A stretch of DNA of 64,000 bases from contig NC_091286.1 of the NCBI RefSeq assembly GCF_032444005.1, forward strand, positions 170,004,001 to 170,068,000, read 5' to 3'. The notes beneath the pieces were generated by a model. That model had not been told where the DNA came from. It was given only the letters and a program-made list of their open reading frames with translations, and ran no database searches. Source of the DNA: Ranitomeya imitator. Its lineage: Eukaryota. Every line of letters begins with the position of its first letter. The stretch's first letter is position 1. Positions 11,706 through 22,885 of the stretch are shown piece by piece. A program made the translations under genes and the position numbers.

Positions 11706-14390
11706 ACTTTACTCATTCCATGGAACGCTTCCATGAATCCTCGTGATTCTGAGAATTGTTTTCTCGTGACATATTGTACTTCACGATAGTGGTAACATTT
11801 CTTTGATATGACTTGCGTTTATTTATGAAAAAAAATGGACAGCTAGCGAAAATTTTGCAATTTTCCAACTTTGAATTTTCATGACCTTCAATCACAGAGA
11901 TAAGTCACATAAAATACTTAATAAGTAAGATTTCCCACATGTCTGTTAGGGCTAGCAGAACGCACCAAATAATTAAATAGATAGAATAAGGTGCGTTCGC
12001 AGCCCGGGGTCCACGTGCAGAGATGGAACCTGCTGCTAAGTAATGACGGACTATATGGCGGTACAATGAGGATACACACATGGGTTAACTTCACCCTCTA
12101 TGAAGAAAGCGAACCCTGTTACGTCACAGGGCCGCAGTACCACACAGAGAGCGCAAGCAAGGAATCACAGAACTCTATCCCAGGACACAGGATTAGAGTT
12201 AGTGTAGACCTCTTGCGATCGACACCAGAATTGGGGTATCAGAGTAACTAATATGCACAGAAGTGCGTGCTGCGCCACACTGGCGGACGCCACTAACCAC
12301 CCAGACTTGGGTAAGGTAAGTGCTCTAATAGAGCACGCCGCTGCACTGGCGGTCACAGCAGTTAGACGCTGTTTACGTGTGGCTTTGTGCTGATAGCTCA
12401 GCCGGGCACTAGATAGCAGACATCCACCTTTCGCGAGCAGTCATACACAAGGGAGGGGATGTTTAAAGAACGACTGGCACTCATCAACACACACACGTTT
12501 TCAAATGTATACTAGAGCATGGCCGTGTGGCCATGTGAACCTTTTATAGCTGCAGCAAGTACAGGACCTTCCCAGAAGGACCAATGGGAGTCTGCCACAG
12601 AAGAAGAACACCTTCAGGACCTTCCTAGAGGACCAATGGGATTTGCTGCAGTATCAAAGCATGTGACCGTGGGCATGCTCAGAAAGGGAAAAGCTGGACT
12701 TAGTCCCAGAAAGACCTGCTCGCTGCTGAACATTGCTGGCTACAAGGACAGAGCCTGAAGGGCAGTAGTAACCAGTCGTCCAGTATCAGCCTGAGTTAGA
12801 CACTGGGACCGACGTCTCTGCTGAGCAGACTCCACTGCGGCTAAAGAAGAATGGAAGACCGCAGCGGAGATGGTCCGAGATTTCCCCTGTGCAGAGGCGG
12901 GAACGCAACACCTAACAATGTCTACTTTACATCAGCACAATTTTGGAACCAATTTTTTTTTTGCTAGGAAGTTATAAGGGTTAAAATTAAATAGCGATTT
13001 CTCATTTTTACAAAACCATATTTTTTTCTTTTTAGGGACCACATCACATTTGAAGTCACTTTGAGGGCTCTACATGATATCCAGAAGTGACACCATTCTA
13101 AAAACTGCACCCTTCAAGGTGCTCAAAACCACATTCAGGAAGTTCTTTAACCCTTCAGGTGCTTCACAGGAATTTTTGGAATGTTTAAAAAAAAAGGAAC
13201 ATTTAACTTTTTTTCACAAAAAATTTACTTCAGATCCAATTTGTTTTATTTTACCAAGGGTAACAGGAGAAATTGGACCCCAAAAGTTGTTGTGCAATTT
13301 GTCCTGAGTTTGCTGATATCCCATATATGCAGGTAAACCACTGTTTGGACGCATGGCAGAGCTCAGAAGGGAAGGAGCGCCGTTTGACTTTTCAATGCAA
13401 AATTGGCTGGAATTGAGATCGGACGCCATGTCGCGTTTGGAGAGTCCCTGATGTGCCTAAACAGTGGAAACCCCCCACAAGTGACACCATTTTGGAAAGT
13501 AGACCCCTAAGGAACTTATCTAGATGTGTGGACTTTGAACCCCCAAGTGCTTCACAGAAGTTATAACGTAGAGCCATAAAAATAAATAATCATATTTTTT
13601 TTTCTTCACAAAAATGACCTTTTCGCCTCCAATTTTTTTTATTGTCCCAACGGTAAAGGGAGAAATTGGACCCCAAAAGTTGTTCTGCAATTTGTCCTGA
13701 AGATGCTGACATCTGATATGTAGGGGTAAATCACTGTTTGGGTGCATAGCTGTGCTCGGAAGGGAAGGAGCACCGTTTTACTTTTTCAAGGCAGAATTGG
13801 CTGGAATTGAGATCGGACGGCATGTCGCATTTGGAGAGCTCCTGATGTGCCTAAACAGTGGAAACCCCCCAATTCTAACTCCAACCCTAACACCAACACA
13901 CCCCTAACCCTAATCCCAACCGTAATCCAAACCCTAACCCCAACCCTAACTTTAGCCCCAACTCTAACCCTAATGGGAAAATGGAAATAATTTTTTTTTA
14001 ATTTTATTATTTTTCCCTAACTAAGGGGGTGATAAAGAGGGGTTTGATTTACTATTTTTTTTTATTTTGATCACTGTGATAGGGTCTATCACAGTGATCA
14101 AAATTAACCATTAGGAAAAAATCTCTTATTGTTGCCAGGTGCCGGCCGGCAGATCTCGGCGGGCGCACTGCACATGCGCCCACCATTTTCTCCCGGAAGA
14201 ACAAGCCAGTGGCCCGGGGGACTTCAGGAGGGCTTGCAGGGACAACGGAGGTACTGGAGGGGGTGATCGGGGGACCCTATTTCTATATCCTCTGATCTGT
14301 GCGATCACATCAGAGGAGAAATTAAATGGAAAAATCAGACTTTTTTTGTGGTCGCCATTGTACCGTTAATAACGGCGATCGCAACACTGG
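11706..14390 (-). mobile_element. Partial copy of the TTAA/piggyBac-like family in reverse orientation
   Basis: Reverse-complement similarity to roughly 4100-6870, including the ~390-bp units and a C-rich telomere-like tract at 13874-13972; interrupted by a solo LTR. Confidence 0.75.
11944..12917. mobile_element. Solo LTR (974 bp)
   Basis: TGTTAGG...CCTAACA termini; 5-bp TSD atgtc at 11939-11943 and 12918-12922. Removing it restores catttcccacatgtctactttac as in the sister elements. Confidence 0.88.
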
Positions 14391-14724
14391 GGTCAGTAAC
14401 AACCAACCCGAATCATGTTCACCAAGTCCCCGGAGAAATTCCGATGCTGGGGGGCGCTATAACCTTAAACCTCAGCGCCCTTAAAAAGCCGCAGCTGCAT
14501 GTGTCACGGCTGTGTGACAGTCACAACACATGCATGGAGAGCCCAACAAACAGGCTCTCCATGCATATGTCGTGACTGTGACACAGCTGCGACACATACA
14601 GCTGCAGTGCCGATCAGGTGATCGTCCGGCGCAATCCAGGAAGCCGGGTTTCCTCTGCAGCTTATTCGGCAAGTGCTATAGCTTGGCGAATAAGAGGGAA
14701 CCTGAGCAAATTCGCTCATCTCTA

Positions 14725-15545
14725 GAGGTGATAACCCTGATCCAGAAGTGGGAGCACCAAATCCCAAATAATTTTCCTACTCACTCACCGGACAGGGGTG
14801 GCATTCAGGGGGTTGAATCCAGGTGTCCTTCCTTTCATAAACCCTAACCTTGTGGGTGTACCCTGAGGTACTCTCGCACAGTTTGTACAGCTTAATTTGA
14901 GAATTTGAGCCTCTCCTCGAAACGGATTAGGGATTCATCCACGCAGATGTTCCTTTGGGGGATGTACATCTCAGCAAACTTGTTGCTGAAGTGCTCAATG
15001 ACCGGCCAAACTTTGAAAAGTCAGGCACAATTGGGGTCACCTCAGGAAGACACTGTGCATTGTCATTGTAATGCAAAAATTTGTCGATGGTCTACATTTA
15101 TAATGCAAAAATTTGTGGATGATCTACGTTTACGGGTCACAGCCATGCGGAATACTGGAGTGTTGTTCAAAACGTCAACACCAACATTGCCAAAGTTCTG
15201 GCTTCTTCACTAACACCATTTAAAGATTAAGGCCCCAAAATGTCTTTCTTCTGCATCTACAGGGGTCCCAGTTAGAAAATGAAGTAGTGGTATTTTGGAC
15301 CAAAAATTGCTTGGCATACAAATTTGTCTCGACCACCATGAAGTTCACAAAATCCTCCGAGAAAAAGTCTGTTTCTGTGAGGCTGATAAAAATTGGATAC
15401 TTGACTGTGCCACAAAATCTGGAATCTATGGCTCACAATCTTCGGGTGGGGAGGTCCATTTTCTGTTCTGGGACTTCTGCGTGGTGGTTTGGCATCAGTT
15501 TAGGAGGAGGAAAAATGAAGGTGGCTTCCTCTCATTCACTATCAG
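14725..15545 (-). pseudogene. piggyBac (PGBD4-like) transposase remnant
   Basis: Manual minus-strand translation across frameshifts gives ...FLHYNDNAQC..., VWPVIEHFSNKFAEMYIPQRNICVDESL, KLYKLCESTSGYT and IWDLVLPLLDQGYHL. Truncated at 14724 by a hAT-like terminus (ttcgctcatctcta). Confidence 0.8.
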
Positions 15546-16166
15546 TGTCTGAGGCAAGGAAAACGTATGCCTTCTCCGCTGAATACTGTGTAATACCAAA
15601 TACCGAATAAAAAAATATCAAAATTTGGTAAAAACAAACACACGTCAGTAAAAAAAAAAAAGAAAATTACTGAGTGCCCGCAAAAATCTGACACTAACCC
15701 TGACTGTATTCAGTAAAAAAAAATTAATACTATAGTATACACTGATTACTACTATATATTTTTTACTGTGCCTAATGTAGTCCTATCAACTAATTAAAAA
15801 ATGTTGTATTCAATATTTTTTACGTGTGTGCATGAGAAAGAAAAGCACCACAATCGGATGCTGATCAACGGCTCAATGGCTTTAGGACGCATGAACGGAT
15901 GTAGTGTAAAAACACCAAGGTTACTTCCTGGTAGCCGGTTTTTCCGGAGCCCATGACAGCACACCTGAGAGAGGGATCCGCCCAGTCGAGACAGGAAACC
16001 TACTGAAATAAAAGGGCGGTACCTCTCCCTCGCTTCAGTTGGTTTTCAGAGCATGAGAGGCCCCTTGGTTAGTACACATGGCAATCTACCACCACATTGT
16101 AATAATAAATAACACCCACTAAAAAGTGCGCACCAAAAGGGTGAAAAAAGAAGGGAGGGAATATAC

Positions 16167-16252
16167 AGGTGCTGTCATGGGCTCCGGAAAAAACGGCTAC
16201 CAGTAAGTAACCTTGGTGTTTTCCCGTCTCCCATGACAGCACACCTGAGAGA
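16167..16252. repeat. DIRS internal complementary region (ICR)
   Basis: First half is the reverse complement of the 15909-15966 terminus; second half is the reverse complement of the 21320-21352 terminus. Confidence 0.9.
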
Positions 16253-16271
16253 TTTTTGGAGAAGAAACACC

Positions 16272-19095
16272 TTAGAGAGGGACCACCGCTTGCAGCACCC
16301 TTCTACCAAAGGTAAGGTCAGTTGAGGAGGATAGATCTAGCCGGTAGTGTCTAAAGAAGGTAGACGTGAGGACCAGGTAGCGGCTTTACAAATCTGATCA
16401 ATCGATACCTCTGCTTTTTCTGCCCAGGAAGTAGCCACGGCTCTGGTGGAGTGAGCCTTGATGCCTTCAGGAATCGGGGCACCACGAGAAGCATAGGATA
16501 AGGAAATGGCCTCCCTAATCCACCTAGCAATAGTACCCTTGGATACCCCATATCCCATAAAGCTATAAATAGGGATTGATCCTTCCTCCACTGACTAGTC
16601 AGAGATATATACAGCAAAATAGCTCTTCTTACATCCAGTGTATGAAATTTCTCTTCCCCTGGGTTCTTTGGATTATCACAGAAAGAGGGCAACACAATTT
16701 CTTGACTCCTATGGAACTTAAGTACTACCTTCGGCAGATATGCCGGATCTGGTCTGAGCACTACTCTGTCATCAAATATCTGCGTGTAAGGAGGGGAGAT
16801 AGACAGGGCTTGCAAGTCACTCACCCTACGGGCTGACGTCAACGCTATCAGAAGTACTGTCTTAAGAGTAAGTATTTTTATTGAGGATTCCTGCAAGGGT
16901 TCAAACGGATCACTAGTCAGAGCCTCTAACACCAGATTCAAATCCCATGGAGGAACCCTCTGAATTACCACTGATCTAGACCTACTACATGATTTTATAA
17001 AGCAGGACACCCATCTATTGGAGGCCAGATTACAATTATACAAGGCTCCTAATGCCGACACTTGTACCTTGAGCGTATTAGTTGCCAACACTAGTTGCAA
17101 ACCCGCCTGTAAAAACTCTAAAATAGTACCCACAGGAGCCTTGTCCCCCAAAGGTTGCCCAGAAAAATCCAGAAACTTTTTCCATGTTCTGCCATATATC
17201 CTTGATGTAACTGGTTTTCTACTTTTCAACAGGGTGGAGACTAACCCTGGTGAAAAACCCTGCCTACTCAGTAATGCCCTCTCAAATTCCAGGCTGCCAG
17301 ATGGAAGCCCTTCACTTGAGAGTGGCATATTGGACCCTGAGTAAGCAGGTCCGGAATTTCTGGCAGAATCCATGGATCGGTCACTGACATTTGTCTCAGG
17401 AGGGAGAACCAAGGTCTTTTTGGCCAAAATGGAGCAATCAAAATTACTCTCGCCTGCTCCATTCTGATCTTCCTTACCACTGTTGGAATCATCGCTATTG
17501 GTGGAAACACATATGCGAGACTGAAATTCCATTGTATTTGGAGAGCATCTACCGCGAAGGGTTTCTCTCTTGGGTCTAATGAACAGAAGCTCTCTACTTT
17601 CCTGTTGTTTAGGGTGGCAAATAAATCTATCACAGGTAAGCCCCAAGCCTGCACTATCTGTTGAAACACCTGGGGATTCAAAGACCACTCTCCTTGCTTC
17701 AGTGTTTTGCGACTTAGGTAGTCTGCTTTTGTATTCTCGACTCCCTTTATGTGGAGAGCCGAGAGGGATAATAGGTGGTGCTCCGCTAGTTGTAGGAGGA
17801 CAGACGCTGACATCATCAGGGAAGGGGATCTCGTCCCCCCTTGGTGGTTGATATATGCGACTACTGCGTGATTGTCTGACATGACCCTGGTATGATGACC
17901 CTGAAGGATGGGAAGGAAATGTTTTACCGCTCTCTCTACAGCCCATAACTCTCTTAGGTTTGACGCCTGTTGTGATTCCAATTGGGACCAAGATCCTTGA
18001 ACTGAGAGTGTCCCCAAATGAGCTCCCCATCCTGAACCGCTTGCATCTGTGGTGATGATCTGATCTATCGGAGTTATCCACTGGACCCCTGATGTCAAAT
18101 GATCTCTCACGGCCCACCATTTTAGGAAATCCGTTACCTCTAATGAAAGGCGTAGCTTCCCCTCTAAATGCCCTTTTAACCACCTCTGCGCTGACAGGAC
18201 CTCCCATTGTAACTGTCTTAGATGGAACTGTGCCCATCTTACTGCGGGTATACAGGACGTCAGAGAACCCAACAGGGACATTGCCTTTCTCAACGTCATT
18301 ACGGGGTGATGAATTGCTGACCCTGCAAGATTTTGAATTTTGACCAGCTTGTTTTCTGGTAGAAGACAAAGCTGACGCCTGGAGTCCAGAACTAAACCCA
18401 GAAAAAATTGCACTAGCTCCGGTGTCAACCTCGACTTGGCAAGATTTATTTTCCACCCCAACCGCTCTAACGTTGATATGACTTGTTTTATTTGTGTCTG
18501 GCAATGTGTTGATGAGTTCCCTATTATAAGGAAGTCGTCCAGATACGGAACTATAACCACGTTCTGAGAGCGGAGGAAGGACATGACCTCTGACATTAGC
18601 TTTGTAAAAATTCTCGGTGCTATTGATAGGCCGAATGGTAGGGCAGCATATTGATAGTGCCTGAGACAACCTTGGACATAAACCGCCACTCTTAGGAATT
18701 TTTGGTAGTCTTGATGAATTGGGACGTGGTAATAGGCGTCCTTTAGGTCTATGGCTGCCATGAAGCAACCTGGGAACAAGAGTTGTATTGCCGTATTCAC
18801 CGACTCCATTTTGAAGAAGCAGTTTACTACTGACCGATTTAGATTTTTTAAATTGACAATGGTTCTCAGAGACCCGTTCGGTTTTCGTATCAAGAAAAGA
18901 GGGGAGTAAAAACCTTTTCCCTGCTCTTCCCCCGGGACCTCCACTAGAACCCGTTTTGATACGAGCTCCAGTACCTCTGCCTCCAAGGCTAGCTGCTCCT
19001 CCGGGGTTTTTCTTTGGGGCGTTAAAACAAAAGTTTGTCGCGGTGGAAAAACAAAATCTATTTTTAGGCCGTGTTTGATGACCTTTAGAGTCCAA
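16272..19095 (-). pseudogene. DIRS ORF3 tyrosine recombinase (overlaps the RT ORF), two C-terminal frameshifts
   Basis: SARRVSDL (catalytic R), HTLDVRRA, HSTR and FRHY (catalytic Y) are found but spread over three frames, with breaks near 16555 and 16366; inferred original stop at 16272-16274. Confidence 0.88.
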
Positions 19096-19151
19096 TGACT
19101 GGGGGAGATGTTTACCCAGGCTGGGAGAAAAGATGAAAGCCTTCCCCCCAC
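17268..19151 (-). CDS. DIRS ORF2: reverse transcriptase, RNase H and adenine-methyltransferase-like domain (627 aa, open)
   Basis: FYSPLFLIRK, IDLKDAYYH, LPFGLSIAPRIF, YLDD; TDASGSGWGAH and SDN (RNase H); IDLFAT...AYVFPP (MT). Confidence 0.93.
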   Translation of the reverse strand: MGGRLSSFLPAWVNISPSHWTLKVIKHGLKIDFVFPPRQTFVLTPQRKTPEEQLALEAEVLELVSKRVLVEVPGEEQGKGFYSPLFLIRKPNGSLRTIVNLKNLNRSVVNCFFKMESVNTAIQLLFPGCFMAAIDLKDAYYHVPIHQDYQKFLRVAVYVQGCLRHYQYAALPFGLSIAPRIFTKLMSEVMSFLRSQNVVIVPYLDDFLIIGNSSTHCQTQIKQVISTLERLGWKINLAKSRLTPELVQFFLGLVLDSRRQLCLLPENKLVKIQNLAGSAIHHPVMTLRKAMSLLGSLTSCIPAVRWAQFHLRQLQWEVLSAQRWLKGHLEGKLRLSLEVTDFLKWWAVRDHLTSGVQWITPIDQIITTDASGSGWGAHLGTLSVQGSWSQLESQQASNLRELWAVERAVKHFLPILQGHHTRVMSDNHAVVAYINHQGGTRSPSLMMSASVLLQLAEHHLLSLSALHIKGVENTKADYLSRKTLKQGEWSLNPQVFQQIVQAWGLPVIDLFATLNNRKVESFCSLDPREKPFAVDALQIQWNFSLAYVFPPIAMIPTVVRKIRMEQARVILIAPFWPKRPWFSLLRQMSVTDPWILPEIPDLLTQGPICHSQVKGFHLAAWNLRGHY

Positions 19152-19164
19152 CTCCGGCCTGGCG

Positions 19165-20493
19165 TCATTGGGAGGGCTTTTTTGCCGATGTTGAGGGACC
19201 TTTAAACATATATCCAGATCCCCTCCTGTCTCTGGAGTCCCAATTCCTTCTATCTCCCGGGGGGCGGCCCCTACTAAATTTGCCCCTCCGAAAATAAGGC
19301 CTTCTAAAGTCCACAGGAAAACGAGGAAATCCCTTTTTTCTATCTCCTGCTTTCTCTAAAATGTCTTCCAACTTTTGACCGAAGAGGAAATGGCCATCAC
19401 ATGGTATAGAACAAAGTCTATTTTTTGAAGGTAAATCACCCGGGTACCCCTTCAACCAGAGAGCACGTCTAGCCGCGTTGGATAAACTTGCGGCCCTAGC
19501 TGCCAGCCTTACGGAGTCTGCTGAGGAATCCGCTACAAAGGCAGCTGCACCTTTAGCCAAAGTTACATTCATTAAAATTTCATCTCTCGGGGCTTTAGAC
19601 TTCAGTTGCTCCTCTATCTGCTGCAGCCAGACAATAAGGGAGCGAGAGACACAGGTCCCTGCGATTGCTGGTTTCAAGCCCCCTGCGGTTGCTTCCCAGG
19701 TGTGTCTTAGGAACCCATCCGCTTTTTTATCTAAGGGATCCCTTAATACACCAGAGTCTTCTAAGGGAAGGGACAACTTTTTAGACGATCTAGCAACCGC
19801 ACCATCGATATTCAGAACCTTATCCCAAGTCTCTGAATCTTTGTCCTCAAAGGGGTAACGTCTTTTAGAAGCCGAGAGAAGATTACCCGATTTTTCTGGC
19901 TTCCTCCACTCCTTTTCTATAAGGGCCTTTATTCTGGAATTAACTGGAAAGGTGCGCTTTCTCTTTTCCTCTAAACCCCCAAACATTATGTCCTCCAGGG
20001 ACTTGGCCGCTTTCTCATCTTTAAGGCCCATCGAAGCTCTAACAGCTTTTACTAGCTTGTCCGTGTTCTCAGTAAGAAAGCACGGATGGCCCCCCACATC
20101 ACTATCAGAAGAGGAGCCAGAGGACTTAGGAGAAGAGGAGCAGGGAGATAACGGTTCCTCTTGACATTCCTCGTCAGAAAGAGACACCTCAGAAGCCGAA
20201 ACTGGTTCAGGGTGTTTACTACCCTTTTTCTTAAGGGCTGCTTTTACAGAGTCTTGTACTTCGGCTCTGATTATTGCTCTAAGACTAGAGGCAAAGTCAG
20301 GGGTCTCATCCTGGATAGTCTTTTGGATGCAATCTATACAAAGACTTTTCTGCCACTGGACTGCCAATGAAACTCTATAAAGGGCACATTCCTTATTCTT
20401 TGTCTTGGAGCTAGCCTTCCTCGGCGCCTGCCAAGTAAACAGAAAATGTAGCCCATTACCACCAGGGTGACATTCACGTAGATCACTCACCAC
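19165..20493 (-). CDS. DIRS ORF1 gag-like protein (LAP2alpha-like C-terminal region); true start probably upstream via splicing
   Basis: 442-aa open frame in ORF1 position; N-terminal CxxY...CxxC zinc-finger remnant; DPLDKK...RRALWLK motifs typical of vertebrate DIRS gag. Confidence 0.85.
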   Translation of the reverse strand: MVSDLRECHPGGNGLHFLFTWQAPRKASSKTKNKECALYRVSLAVQWQKSLCIDCIQKTIQDETPDFASSLRAIIRAEVQDSVKAALKKKGSKHPEPVSASEVSLSDEECQEEPLSPCSSSPKSSGSSSDSDVGGHPCFLTENTDKLVKAVRASMGLKDEKAAKSLEDIMFGGLEEKRKRTFPVNSRIKALIEKEWRKPEKSGNLLSASKRRYPFEDKDSETWDKVLNIDGAVARSSKKLSLPLEDSGVLRDPLDKKADGFLRHTWEATAGGLKPAIAGTCVSRSLIVWLQQIEEQLKSKAPRDEILMNVTLAKGAAAFVADSSADSVRLAARAASLSNAARRALWLKGYPGDLPSKNRLCSIPCDGHFLFGQKLEDILEKAGDRKKGFPRFPVDFRRPYFRRGKFSRGRPPGDRRNWDSRDRRGSGYMFKGPSTSAKKPSQ

Positions 20494-21799
20494 CCGCTGA
20501 CCATAAAGGGTACCGGATTCCGAGGCGGACTGGGAGCACGGGGAACATTCCTCCTGGATGCTGAAGAGTCCTGAGACGTTCGACTTGGACGATTGCTGCT
20601 CCTTCCACTTGAGCGGCTATTCTTCTTAGCATGAAGGTGAGCAGGTGTATCACCTGATAAGGGCTCTTGCTGCTGCTGCTGCTGTAATAGCTGCTGCTGC
20701 TGCTCCATACCCTCCATCTCTGGAAATTGTATGGATATGAGCAGCGATCTTGTGCAGCCACCCCCTTAATAAGGGGTCTTCCACAGCGCTCCCCGCCTCT
20801 TCCGGTAACCAATTTCGCTCCTCTCTCCCTCCAGTATACCGCCGGAAAGTGTACATTATTACCGGCGTTTCAATCCATGGGCGCCGCCATCTTGGATCCG
20901 GCGTGCCTCTCTGACGTCACGCAGGCACGCCCATTCCCAGCGTGCTCTGCGCTGAACGCCAGCCGCGCGCCCGGAAGTCGCCCAGCAGAGATGGAGAGAG
21001 CGGCGTGGCAGCCACAGAATGGCCCCAGAGTTCCGGACTGCGCTGGACCGACGCCCGCACGTGCGCAAGAGCCCGAAGGATCTGCGGACGGCGCTACCAG
21101 CATCCCGAAGGCCGACATACAGGCGTCCTGCCTGCGCTTCAAGTGCCGGGACGGGAGTGGGTAAGTGGATCTTCAATCAACAGATGACTAAAATAAAAAA
21201 AGTACCGCCGTGATTTCCAGCACAAGGGTTCCCATCAGGACAGGAAACCCAACTGAAGCGAGGGAGAGGTACCGCCCTTTTATTTCAGTAGGTTTCCTGT
21301 CCCGACTGGGCGGATCCCTCTCTCAGGTGTGCTGTCATGGGAGACGGGAAAAAGGGGATTTAAAAAAAAATTGAAAAAAGAAAAAAAAAAGTCCTGGCCA
21401 AAGATGAGCATTGGTGTCACTGATGAGCACTGGACAGCTTCAGGATGCATGAAGGAAAAAAAAAATCTGCCACAGAAGGAGAGACCTGGTCTTGGTGGCA
21501 GAAGGGAGGTTGGGAATTAGGAGAAATCAGGGATCAGGAATGTCTTCTTTCAGGAACAGCAACAACACCAGCAGAAGTGATGGCACAGGCTTGAAAAGGT
21601 AGATGTCACTACAAGGCCCAGCCCAGCATAACAATAACCGCTCTGCAACGTCTCCAAGCCGAATCAGGAAGTGCACTGAAACAACTGGAGTTGGTAATTT
21701 ATTCTTACATTTCTAGGAGGAACAACAACACAGTGTTTGAAGAAAAGAAAGTTCGCAATTGTTTTATCATGTTCACTGAGAGAGACAAGTTAGGAGTGG

Positions 21800-22248
21800 A
21801 GACAAGTGAAATTCAGGAGGCTGTGCTACACAAGAAACACAAAAGCAAATAAGATGACTGGATGGGTAAACACTCGGCAAATGAGACTTAATGTTGATAG
21901 ATGTAGAGTAATGCACCTAGGATGGAGTAGTTCCATTGTTGAATATACATTAAATCGGAGAATAATTGGTATTAAACAACAGGAGGACTCGGGTATTCTG
22001 GTTACAAGTAAGCAGAGCAGCAGTACTCAATGTCAAGCAGCAGATGCAAAAGCAAACAAGGTTTTAGAGAGTGTATAAAAAGAGATAAAAATCCAGTGAG
22101 ATCAACATAGTTATCCCTATAAAAATCACTTGTGAGGCCACATTTAGAATATGGGATCCTATTTTGGGCTTCACATTTATAAAACGAAATTCAGAAGTCA
22201 GTTCAAAGGTGGGCAACTAGATTATTACATGGGATGGAAGGCCTCTCA

Positions 22249-22279
<31 letters not shown>

Positions 22280-22885
22280 TTTTATTATTATAGCACCATT
22301 TATTCCATGGCACTTTACATGTGATGAGAGGATGGAAAAGTTAAACTAGTTTATCTTAGAAAAAAGACGTCTAATAGGGGGATATCATTTATTTGTATAA
22401 ATACATGTGTGGTCAATACAAAGACCATACTAAGGACCAGGGGGCACTCATCACGGGTGGAAAAAAAAGGCGATTACAACAGCTAAAGGAAAGGATTCTT
22501 TGTTATTCTTATGTTTTTAAGATGTTTATATTCTCAATAAAATTTGTTACTTTTTTATATACTTTTCTTGAGTGGTGTGTTTTGATACCTCTGTATCTTT
22601 TGGGTTAGTGCTAGTTTTCCACACCCTATATATGCCTTTTGTGGGATTTCTTATCCGAGTGGATGAACCCTCTGAGCAGTATTATTATTATGTTTTTGGA
22701 CATTTTTGTTTATGTTTTTACAGTTAGAGCAGTAAGACTGAGGAATGCCCGACCACAAGAGGTATTAATGGCAGACACAATAAAAGCTTTTAAAAAAGGG
22801 CTGGATGATTTCCTCAGTCCACATAAGATTGTGGGTGATAGCTACATAGGTTGAAAAAAGAACTAGGTTGAACTCGATGGACTAT
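21800..22885 (+). mobile_element. CR1 LINE 3' remnant, fragmented
   Basis: WVNTRQMRLNVDRCRVMHLG RT C-terminus; FTVRAVRL.N..PQEV..ADTIKAFKKGLD; 3' end ggttgaactcgatggact. Interrupted by an (ATT)n/L2-type tail at about 22248-22325. Confidence 0.8.

Larger units (their letters stand above)
15908..21353 (-). mobile_element. DIRS1-type tyrosine-recombinase retrotransposon, full length (~5.45 kb)
   Basis: Inverted terminal repeats (about 15952-16043 and 21250-21341), internal complementary region, TTT-type ends, no TSD, and gag / RT-RNaseH-MT / YR ORFs. Confidence 0.95.

Noticed and set aside
17300-19095. N-terminal ~600 aa of the 914-aa ORF as a novel protein
   Set aside because: A long YR frame overlapping RT is an established DIRS1 feature; no independent domain recognised.
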